Below are positions 1 to 7,867 of a stretch of DNA of 39,769 nucleotides, in pieces. Positions within the stretch are counted from its first letter, which is position 1. The number at the start of each line of letters is the position of its first letter. The stretch is from Kofleriaceae bacterium (lineage in GTDB: Bacteria; Myxococcota_A; Polyangia; Haliangiales; Haliangiaceae), in NCBI GenBank assembly GCA_046597055.1, contig JBKJLC010000274.1:1-39769 (forward strand). The letters run 5' to 3'. The notes below the pieces were generated by a model. That model did no database searches. It was not told where the DNA came from and worked only from the letters and a program-made list of their open reading frames with translations. Made by a program: the position numbers and the translations under genes.

Positions 1-1
1 G

Positions 2-115
2 GTGGTCGAGGCGACCACCACCGAGGACACCCCCTCGACCGTGCTCGAGGTCGACGGCGACCAGATCGTCCTGGTCCGCCAGGGCCTGGGCTCGGTCGAC
101 GGCCTCCTCGACTGA
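2..115 (+). CDS. 3' end of a probable L-threonylcarbamoyladenylate synthase (TsaC/Sua5/YciO family), partial
   Basis: Frame 2 reads VVEATTTEDTPSTVLEVDGDQIVLVRQGLGSVDGLLD*. PSTV...RQG.G is the typical C-terminus of YrdC/YciO proteins. Only 37 codons are visible. Confidence 0.6.
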   Translation: MVEATTTEDTPSTVLEVDGDQIVLVRQGLGSVDGLLD

Positions 116-176
116 CCGGACCGACGTCGACGCCAACGCCCAGTTGCGGCGCTCGGCAACCAGCGGACCAGCGTGC

Positions 177-524
177 CTACGCCGTTTGCAGGCTCGACCA
201 GTGGATGCTGAGCGCCGCGCCCAGCGTGACTGCCAGCGTCGCCTTTCCTCCGCGGTACGCGAAGTCGCAGGTCAGCTGGTCGCCCGCCACCCGCATGAGT
301 TCGGCACCCTCTTGGACGACCGTGGCCACAGGGGTCCCTCCGGCGGAGACGACGGTCTGAACGGAGCGCTGGTACTTGTCGAAGGAGAAGCGCAGCGTGA
401 CGCCGCGCTGGTCCGTGACCTGATAGCACCAGTAGCCGTCTGTCGGCGTGCACTCCACCGGTTCCGACTCGAAGAACTCGAGCAGGTCGAGTTCGTCGGG
501 AGTCTGCATCGGTCCGTTCATCAT
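177..524 (-). CDS. Cognate immunity protein of the Rhs toxin (CdiI-Kp342-like)
   Basis: 115-aa ORF whose ATG overlaps the toxin stop (521-524). Its N-terminal P-DELDLLEFFESEP resembles the ELLSFFESEP start I recall for CdiI of K. pneumoniae 342. Position and size are typical of immunity genes. Confidence 0.8.
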   Translation of the reverse strand: MMNGPMQTPDELDLLEFFESEPVECTPTDGYWCYQVTDQRGVTLRFSFDKYQRSVQTVVSAGGTPVATVVQEGAELMRVAGDQLTCDFAYRGGKATLAVTLGAALSIHWSSLQTA

Positions 525-3500
525 GGCCCCCCCAGGGTAATCATAGTTGTCAGGCGGCGCCCGCCTTCAGTCACTTGCCAAGTCGACACGATTTTCAGCA
601 TACCGTTCTGTCCTGCCAAGAGCGATTCGCGTACTTCGTGCAGCCCATGCTTGTTCACGAAGAAGCTTGTAATGTTGGTCATGCTCGCCCCCGCGCGCTG
701 GAGATGGGCCTGTAGGACGGCCCGTCCGTTGGACGTGTTGTGGATTCCAATCCGCGCCAACTGCGCCACCATCTGAAGGCTACGGGCGGTGTTATGAGAG
801 CCGCTGGTGACCGCGCCGAAGAAGTACCGGAATTTCCCCGGGTCGATCAGCACCTTGGCTCCGACTGTCACCAGGGTCGACGTTGCGGCCACCGTCGCCC
901 CTGTCGACGTTGCCACGGCCGCGTTGAGAGTGAGCGCTCCCACGGTTAAGGCTTCTGCAGCTGCGGCGACAACAGCGGGAGCTGCTACGATGACGCAGAC
1001 GGCGCCGATGGTCACCCCAAACATGATCTTTAGATTCTTGGGCATTGGAGTTCGGTCTTCCGCACCTCTTTTCTTCATCGCGGGCGTCCAATCGTGACGC
1101 CAGTCCCCGGTGCTCTGGCGTCCGTCTGGATCGTAGAATTGCAGCGGATTATTGCTTGAGAACGCGTACAGATTGGCCTGAACTCGGTCGAGCTTGGCCA
1201 GGTCCGGCACGAATCGATACAGCGGATCGGCGCTTACCCAGCGGAGGGTGACTGGATCGTACGAGCGGTAGCCATAGTGGCGCAAGCCGGACACCGCATC
1301 ATGCTCCTTGCCATTGAAGCGTCGGCTGTGGCTTGTCGCGTCGGTAGCGGCCACGACCTCCCCAAAGGCGCCGTAGACGGCCGATGCGGTCACCTGTCCG
1401 CTCGGGCGCACCGCCAGCACGAGGTTCTGCAACGCGTCCGCATACTGGAGCTCGAGGCTGGTGCGGTTCTCGATGCGGGCGATCGGCTCGCCGGCCGCGA
1501 TGTGGTGATAACGTCGCACGGCAGTGCCAGCACTATTGAACAGGGTCTCACTCTCGCCGAACCAGACCTTGATCCCCTCGGGTCCGATCGACGCCATGCG
1601 CTCGGCTCCCGGACCGAAGAAGTATCGCTCCGTACCGAAGGGCCCGACGGCTTCTCGCAGCTGGCCGTCGCTGTCCCACACGAACGTGTGTTGGCTGCCG
1701 CTGGTCGACAGCGTCCGCCGGACCGTGTTGCCCGAACGGTCGTAGTCGAGGCTTGCGACCACGACGCCGTTGATGACATCGGTCAGGCGATCGACCGCCT
1801 GCGAGTCGACCGCACCGTAGGCGTAGCTGACGTTGCGATCCGGCACGTCACTGGCGCCGCGGACCGCCGCAGTCTTGACGTTCCCGCCACCAGTGTACGT
1901 GAAGGCTGCGTCGTAGCCGATCGGTCCCTGTGCCTGCACGACGTGATGGTGCGCATCGTAGTCCATCACCGCGTCAGCGCTGAGGCCGTTGGTCGAGCCG
2001 TCTACCACGCGGAGCTCGCCGCCACTGTCGTAGCCGTAGTTGCGCTCGTGGAACGTCGTCGCGGTGGCGGTCGACCAGACTCGGTCGAACTCCACGCGTC
2101 CGAGCGCGTCGTAGCGCCAGTCGCGCTGCTGGGCGCCATGCGGTGACGTGCGGCGGAACGGCTGCCCCGCCGCGACGCGGTCATAGTGAGCGAGGACCAC
2201 CTCCTGGCCACTGGACGGCTCGCGCCAGGTCACGTCGGAGAGGGCGCCTGTTGAATCATAGACGTAGCTCCACTCAGTGGCGTCGTCCCAACGGACGCTG
2301 GTGATCGCGCCGAGCGCGTCGTAGCGTCGCTCGACCGACTGCGTGGTCGGCGTCGGGGTACCGACGGTGAGGCTTCGCTCCTCACGGATGATCTTGCCAC
2401 GTGCGTCGTACGTGTAGACGATTGTCCCGAACGGAAGCGACAGCATCGCGGGTCGGCTACTCAGGTCGCTCCAGCCATACGTCGCTGTGACCGGCCCGAT
2501 GCCGAGTTGCGATCGCCGAGCTTGGTCCAAATCGCGGATTGCCGGCGTGCGCACCAGCGGCCGGTTGAAGTGATCGTAGGTGATGGTCGAGCGATAGCTG
2601 GTAGCCAGCTGTCCCGCCGGAACCGGCTCGGTCTCCGCCGTCAGGTTGCTGCTGGCGTCGTACTCGTACGTCCAGGACCGGCCGCCGCGGATAACCGCCG
2701 TGCGCAGTCCACGCCAATCATAGCCGAGCATTGTGAGCGCACCGTCGGCGTCGACGACGGTGGCCATGCGTCCGAGCGGATCGTACGTGTAGCGCGAGAT
2801 CGCGGTCTGGCCAGCGAGAGGATTGTCGTGCTCGTGCACCTCTCGCAACTCACCGCGCGCATTCTTGCGCATCGTGGTCCGAGTCCCGGACGCCGAAAGG
2901 TCGGACGTCCTCTGCACCTCGATATCGAGCCCGTTGTAGGTGACGATCTCCTGCGATCCGTCGGGTCGCGTCAGCAAGGTCGGGCGGCCCAAGCCGTCGC
3001 GCGCATAGCTGGTCGTGACTGTCGCGCAGTCCGTGGACGGGCTCGGGGCGGTCACCTGTCGGACGTCTCCCGCAGCGTCATAGCCGTGGCTCGTCACCGC
3101 GTCGCACTGGCCACTGCGCTGGCGGTGCAAGACCTCCGAGGTCACCCGACCGAGGCCATCGAAGTAGGTCGCGCCCGAGACCCACGAGGTAGCGACGGTC
3201 GGCGCCGTGGCAGTGCGGAGCATCTGCGTCACGCGGCGATTGGGCAGCTCGCCATCGAAGTAACTAACCCGCTGGACAAGAACTTCAACGTAGCCTTGGA
3301 CCCCGGGCTCCGGATCGCGCGAGTCATAATGTTCCACGATGCGACCGAAGCCGTCGATCGTCCAGCGCTCGCTTTCATACACTGGATTCCAGCAGAACCA
3401 CCAGCAGCCACCTGGCGGATCAACCAAGCGCATATCGGGCCCCGTACGCTGGACGAGCACGCCAGTGGCGACATCATAGGCATCGGTCACGCTCGCGTAG

Positions 3501-6500
3501 TTGGTTGTCACCCTCACGCGCAGCGCGTGGGGATCATAGAGATAGGTCTCCTTCTCTGCCGAACCGGCCGCGACCTGATTGGGCCGCGTCATGCTGCTGA
3601 CGTTGCCCGTGCTCGGGTGAAACTCGCGCCGGGTGGTAGCAAACGTGGTGGCATCCTTGTAGACGCGCGTCTCCTCGGGCAAGCCCGCGGCGTTCGGAAC
3701 GACCACGGTGCGCGACCACGGCAACAACTTGAGGATGGTCCCATTGACGGTCGAGGCCGTCCATACCCGCCCTCGTTGTTCCTCCACCTCGAGCACACGA
3801 TAGTCAGTGCTCGCGTAGGGCGCTTGCATGTACCGCACCTGATACTGCCAAGACGTGTACCGCGGATCGGTGCCGTCACGAAGCGACTCACGCGTCTGCG
3901 ACTTCAGCAACAGCACCGCGGCGCTGTTCGGGCCTGGCGACCAAGGCGACCATGTGTTGGTCGTCTCCTCGAGGCTGATGTTCTGGCCGGCACAGCCCTC
4001 CGGGGTCGTCCCGGCGCTGCAGGTTCGTTCGAACGTTTGCGCGACGAAACTGGCGCTGACCTGGCCGGCGAACAATGCGCGTGCGTCGTGCGAGATTTGC
4101 TGGTGATGGGTCGGTACCCAGGAGCTCCCCACCTTCATGGACGTGAGCTGGGTCAGTGGCCTCGGTCCGCGGTCCTGGAGGAGCGGCGAGTAGTCGAACG
4201 TCGACACGATCTGCCGCGATGCGTCGCCTTGGGCCCCTGATGTCTCGATGGTAACCTTGGCGAAGCCACGGAAGTGCGGCGCGCTACGATCGAGTCCGGT
4301 GTCCTGGCCGAAGACCGGCTGACGATAGCGGTAGGTCGCGCGCTGCTCGGGCTGACCAAAACCCGGCGACACGACGACGCGCGCGACCAGCCACCGGCTG
4401 CCGAGCCCGCGTGCGTCGGTCGCCACCTCGAGCACACCGCTATCGGTCGGCAAGGTATATTCGAACCGGGTGATGCTGCCCCGTCCGTTGTCGACATGCG
4501 TGAGAAGGCGCATCGGACCGACGGTGCTGGTGACCGCCGCGTCGGTGCGGATAGTCGCCGTACCGTTCGCCCAGGTCACGGCGTCCGGCAAGCCGTCACC
4601 GGTCACGTCGAGAAAATCGCTAGTGCGAACCCAGTTGCCGCGGTCGGACGAGACCAGGCTCTCGATAGCCTCCCACTCGACACCGAGCCGCGGCGAGGTG
4701 TCGATGCCACCACCGCCTCCGGCGATCTGCCACTGCTGGCGCGAGGCCGACTCAGCCGCGACCGGGCTGCTCGATGCAAACACGACCATCTCGAGGCGGC
4801 CATCGCCGTCAGTGTCAACCAGACGGCGCAGGTAGCCGCGCGTACCGGTGACAATCTGTTTCTGCAGCTCACGCCACTCGGTCACCTCGGCGCGCGTCTG
4901 CTCGATGGGGCCGATGCCGTACATTGGCTTCAAGGACGCGAACGCACCGCCCGGGAGGCGGCCCGCCCACGCGGTGCTCCCCAGGTTGTAGGACACGCTC
5001 ACGTGGCCGTTGGCCTGCACGAGGAAGTCGGGCAGCCCGTCGCCGTTCACGTCGCGGAACGCGGCGGTGCTCGGTGTTGTGAGGTGCATCCCGCCGGTAA
5101 CCGTCGTGAGCGTGGTCGGCTCGTAGGCTTGCTGCCACGGCTGGGTCGCGTTCGCCGGCAGTTCGAACGGCCAGGTCTGCATCGCCCCGAACTCGTAGCG
5201 ACCGTTCCCCGGCCACACGTAGAGCTGTGTCATCTGGCCGGGCGGATAAGGCGTCTGTCCCGGTGTCGAGACGAATGAGATCGCGTCGAGGTAGCCGTCC
5301 CCCGTGATGTCTACCAGCCCCGGCATCCCAGGAATGGTCGATTGCGCCAGCTGGGTCTCGGTGGCTCCCGACGGCAGCGGCACCGGCGAGTAGATCAGCC
5401 AGCTATCTGTGTTGCCGAGCCCCCCGAGCGGCGCGAAGATTCCGCCGAGATTCCGCTGAAGGCGCCACACAAAGCGGCCCGATCCGCTGGCCTCGCGCTC
5501 CGGGAGTTGCGGGAGCATCGTGCACTGAATGCCCGTGGTGTTCACACCCACGCCCGTCGGCGGAGTCGGGCAGGGCACAGTCGGGCAGTTCCCGTCGCCG
5601 TCGCACGTACCAGTGATAATGTTGGGATAGGTGCCGAATGGGCATGCGGAGGCCCGGCAGTTTCCCGAAGGGTTGTATGAATCAGCACTGCAGCTGCAGG
5701 CGATGGTGTTGCCAGTATCGCCCACTTGGACGGTGCCTACGGGACAGCTGCCGCCGCTGCTCACCGTGACCCGCATCGTGCTCCCACTGCTCGTGCTCGT
5801 GAAATCGCCACCAGCGCTATTGGACGCACCGGAGATTGACGTCAGAAGGTCGACTCGTCCATCGCTGTCGTAGTCGGTGAAGTTGTAGCGAACCTCGATA
5901 CCCTGCGTCGTGTAGCAGAACTTGGCCGTCGAGTCCGGGTTTGGCCGCGAGACCTTCTGGCCGGTGAGCCGACATCCTTCACTCGCTGGGTCCGCGAAGA
6001 CGCCGTTCATCCACGCCGCGGTTGGCAGATCGATCACGGTCTCGGCCGCCGCCAAACGTCCTTGGCCGAGACCTTGTCGCCACGCCAGCCGGCATTTTTG
6101 CTCGGTGCGCACTTCCACGAAGTCGAGCCGGCCATCGCTGTCCATATCGAGGAAGCCGGTGTGGGGGCCCCACATGTCACCGCGCTCTTGAGGCGCATTC
6201 GGAATGGTGAGCGTCCGCGCCAGCACGCGCCGCTTCGCGCCGTATGTCAACTGCACCGGGGCCGCCTTGCTCTCGAGACCGCGCGCATCGAAGGCCGAGA
6301 CGTCGATCTGGGTCAGGTAACGGAGCGCCGACGCGCCGCATCCGAGCTCAGATTGGTCGTACGAGAGCGCGTAGGTACGCGCGGTGCGCCATGCCGAGCC
6401 CGGCACCTCCTTGACCGAGATTCGGATGCCAGTCAGTCGGCGACTACCGCGCCAGCGGCGAGCCGCAAACCGGTCGTCGAACGCCGCGCCGATCGGCGCA

Positions 6501-7306
6501 CCTCCGCAAGTTTCGAGCGGGGCATACTCGAAATCGATCCTCGCGTGCGCCGCCAAGCCCGCGGTGGCATTCGACGTGTACTCGATCGCTCGCGGCAGCG
6601 TCTCGGTGGCGCCGTTCGTCGTGACGTACTCGTAGTTGTAGATCACCGCGTTGCCGAACGAGTCCAGCTCGCGACTCAGGTACCAGCGTTTCTCACCGTA
6701 CAACATGAACTCGCGCGTGACGCCATCGGGCGATTGCGCGGTCCAGTAACTGCTGCTGTCAATCCCGCCCCCGAAGCTGTAGTTGGTGAAGCTATCGTCG
6801 ACCTCCCCGCGATGGACTGGGCTGCCGTCGGGCGCGGTGCTGACCCGCACCAGGCGATCCCGTCGACCGCGCAGCGACGACTGGTAATGCTCTTCGAGTG
6901 GATAGTCCGGATCGCGCTCGACCATAGGCAGGTCGAGGCTCCAGCCTACCGCCACGCCGCCGCGCACCGCGCCGTTGGACGAGTAGCCCAGGCTGAGCGA
7001 CGGCTTCATGCCGCCGCGACCGTCAGGCAGCTCGATCGACAGATTGTAACTCGCCGCACCGGTGGTCTCGTCGACGGTGCCGGCTCCAGCGGCGAACTTG
7101 AGGCCTTCCGGACGCTTGCTATCCCGAGCCGGCAGGGCGGCGAAGAACGGATCGGTTGGCGCAGCAGTTGCAATCGAACCGCTCACGATCGCCACGGCGG
7201 CAAGTATGCTGCCAGCAGCAAGCGGGGCGAAGCTGCGCGTCAGGGGCCTTCGCAATGGGGGCGAATGGGTTCGTGGTACGGGAGGTCGGGCGGACGACGG
7301 CGTCAT
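521..7306 (-). CDS. SpvB/FG-GAP/TcdB-midN/YD-repeat Rhs polymorphic toxin with C-terminal BECR-fold tRNase-like tip
   Basis: Hydrophobic signal-like segment (FAPLAAGSILAAVAIVSGSIATA-A). SpvB motif (TGAASYNLSIELPDGRGGMKPSLSLGYSS...GWSL). Six DxxxDGxx(D/E) FG-GAP motifs, LLTHVDNGRG...FRGF (TcdB midN), many YD repeats, and Rhs core FNGKEHD...YGYRSYDP...RWVSADP...NNPLQFYDPDG, then a ~199-aa C-terminal extension. The ATG at 7306 is preferred over the TTG at 7360; the start is uncertain. Confidence 0.9.
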   Translation of the reverse strand: MTPSSARPPVPRTHSPPLRRPLTRSFAPLAAGSILAAVAIVSGSIATAAPTDPFFAALPARDSKRPEGLKFAAGAGTVDETTGAASYNLSIELPDGRGGMKPSLSLGYSSNGAVRGGVAVGWSLDLPMVERDPDYPLEEHYQSSLRGRRDRLVRVSTAPDGSPVHRGEVDDSFTNYSFGGGIDSSSYWTAQSPDGVTREFMLYGEKRWYLSRELDSFGNAVIYNYEYVTTNGATETLPRAIEYTSNATAGLAAHARIDFEYAPLETCGGAPIGAAFDDRFAARRWRGSRRLTGIRISVKEVPGSAWRTARTYALSYDQSELGCGASALRYLTQIDVSAFDARGLESKAAPVQLTYGAKRRVLARTLTIPNAPQERGDMWGPHTGFLDMDSDGRLDFVEVRTEQKCRLAWRQGLGQGRLAAAETVIDLPTAAWMNGVFADPASEGCRLTGQKVSRPNPDSTAKFCYTTQGIEVRYNFTDYDSDGRVDLLTSISGASNSAGGDFTSTSSGSTMRVTVSSGGSCPVGTVQVGDTGNTIACSCSADSYNPSGNCRASACPFGTYPNIITGTCDGDGNCPTVPCPTPPTGVGVNTTGIQCTMLPQLPEREASGSGRFVWRLQRNLGGIFAPLGGLGNTDSWLIYSPVPLPSGATETQLAQSTIPGMPGLVDITGDGYLDAISFVSTPGQTPYPPGQMTQLYVWPGNGRYEFGAMQTWPFELPANATQPWQQAYEPTTLTTVTGGMHLTTPSTAAFRDVNGDGLPDFLVQANGHVSVSYNLGSTAWAGRLPGGAFASLKPMYGIGPIEQTRAEVTEWRELQKQIVTGTRGYLRRLVDTDGDGRLEMVVFASSSPVAAESASRQQWQIAGGGGGIDTSPRLGVEWEAIESLVSSDRGNWVRTSDFLDVTGDGLPDAVTWANGTATIRTDAAVTSTVGPMRLLTHVDNGRGSITRFEYTLPTDSGVLEVATDARGLGSRWLVARVVVSPGFGQPEQRATYRYRQPVFGQDTGLDRSAPHFRGFAKVTIETSGAQGDASRQIVSTFDYSPLLQDRGPRPLTQLTSMKVGSSWVPTHHQQISHDARALFAGQVSASFVAQTFERTCSAGTTPEGCAGQNISLEETTNTWSPWSPGPNSAAVLLLKSQTRESLRDGTDPRYTSWQYQVRYMQAPYASTDYRVLEVEEQRGRVWTASTVNGTILKLLPWSRTVVVPNAAGLPEETRVYKDATTFATTRREFHPSTGNVSSMTRPNQVAAGSAEKETYLYDPHALRVRVTTNYASVTDAYDVATGVLVQRTGPDMRLVDPPGGCWWFCWNPVYESERWTIDGFGRIVEHYDSRDPEPGVQGYVEVLVQRVSYFDGELPNRRVTQMLRTATAPTVATSWVSGATYFDGLGRVTSEVLHRQRSGQCDAVTSHGYDAAGDVRQVTAPSPSTDCATVTTSYARDGLGRPTLLTRPDGSQEIVTYNGLDIEVQRTSDLSASGTRTTMRKNARGELREVHEHDNPLAGQTAISRYTYDPLGRMATVVDADGALTMLGYDWRGLRTAVIRGGRSWTYEYDASSNLTAETEPVPAGQLATSYRSTITYDHFNRPLVRTPAIRDLDQARRSQLGIGPVTATYGWSDLSSRPAMLSLPFGTIVYTYDARGKIIREERSLTVGTPTPTTQSVERRYDALGAITSVRWDDATEWSYVYDSTGALSDVTWREPSSGQEVVLAHYDRVAAGQPFRRTSPHGAQQRDWRYDALGRVEFDRVWSTATATTFHERNYGYDSGGELRVVDGSTNGLSADAVMDYDAHHHVVQAQGPIGYDAAFTYTGGGNVKTAAVRGASDVPDRNVSYAYGAVDSQAVDRLTDVINGVVVASLDYDRSGNTVRRTLSTSGSQHTFVWDSDGQLREAVGPFGTERYFFGPGAERMASIGPEGIKVWFGESETLFNSAGTAVRRYHHIAAGEPIARIENRTSLELQYADALQNLVLAVRPSGQVTASAVYGAFGEVVAATDATSHSRRFNGKEHDAVSGLRHYGYRSYDPVTLRWVSADPLYRFVPDLAKLDRVQANLYAFSSNNPLQFYDPDGRQSTGDWRHDWTPAMKKRGAEDRTPMPKNLKIMFGVTIGAVCVIVAAPAVVAAAAEALTVGALTLNAAVATSTGATVAATSTLVTVGAKVLIDPGKFRYFFGAVTSGSHNTARSLQMVAQLARIGIHNTSNGRAVLQAHLQRAGASMTNITSFFVNKHGLHEVRESLLAGQNGMLKIVSTWQVTEGGRRLTTMITLGGP

Positions 7307-7450
7307 GCCCGGCTTCTCGCCCGCGCGGCCCCCGGTTGTCTTCGCGGCAGCGATTGCCAACTGTTGCCGTCGATTTGGACGGCCCTGATGGATCTCGACC
7401 TCCGAGCATCGTTGCAGTGACCGCGACAGCCGCGCCGCGAGATCGCAGCG

Positions 7451-7867
7451 CTACCGGCGGACCGGCAGCACGCTGGCGTCGACCGTCTCGGGCCAGCCGT
7501 CCGTCTTCAGCCACGGCTTGAAGCCGGCGGCGTTGATCGCGGCGACCATCGCGGCGCTGACGGTGGACGCGTCACCCGCGGCGCGGTCGTACGAGACGTA
7601 GACCTCGTCGCGATCGAGGTCGAACCCGACCTGGTAGGTCGTGGCGAGGCTCGCGAGTGCCGACCGCACTCGTCGTGGGCACTCCTCGCGTCACGTCATG
7701 CCCACGACCTTGAGCGTGAGGTGCGCGAGCTCGGCCGGGCGCGGCCGGGGCGCGGCGTTTTCGACCCCCATGTCCAGCGGGTCCGCGCCAACCGGGGGCG
7801 CGTCCCGAGAGCCGCACGCGCCCGCGCACACCGCGGCGATCGCCGCGGCGAAGGCGCGTCGCCGCAT
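7451..7867 (-). CDS. HMA (CopZ/MerP-like) domain lipoprotein with in-frame TGA, candidate selenoprotein (138 aa, U59)
   Basis: The ATG at 7867 overlaps the upstream stop (TGATG). Reads [18 protein letters not shown] (lipobox)...[12 protein letters not shown](7691-7693)[35 protein letters not shown]...[12 protein letters not shown]. Both halves are in one frame and together form a complete HMA fold. Confidence 0.8.
7652..7690 (-). promoter_or_regulatory. Putative bacterial SECIS hairpin immediately 3' of the UGA
   Basis: mRNA after UGA: CGCGAG-GAGUGC-CCA-CGAC-GAGUGCG-GUCG-GCACUC-GCG. GAGUGC/GCACUC and CGAC/GUCG pair, and the apical loop starts with G at +20 from the UGA. Confidence 0.6.

Noticed and set aside
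116..7450. att sites or target-site duplication around the Rhs locus
   Set aside because: I found no convincing direct repeat at the two borders by eye, and no integrase is present.
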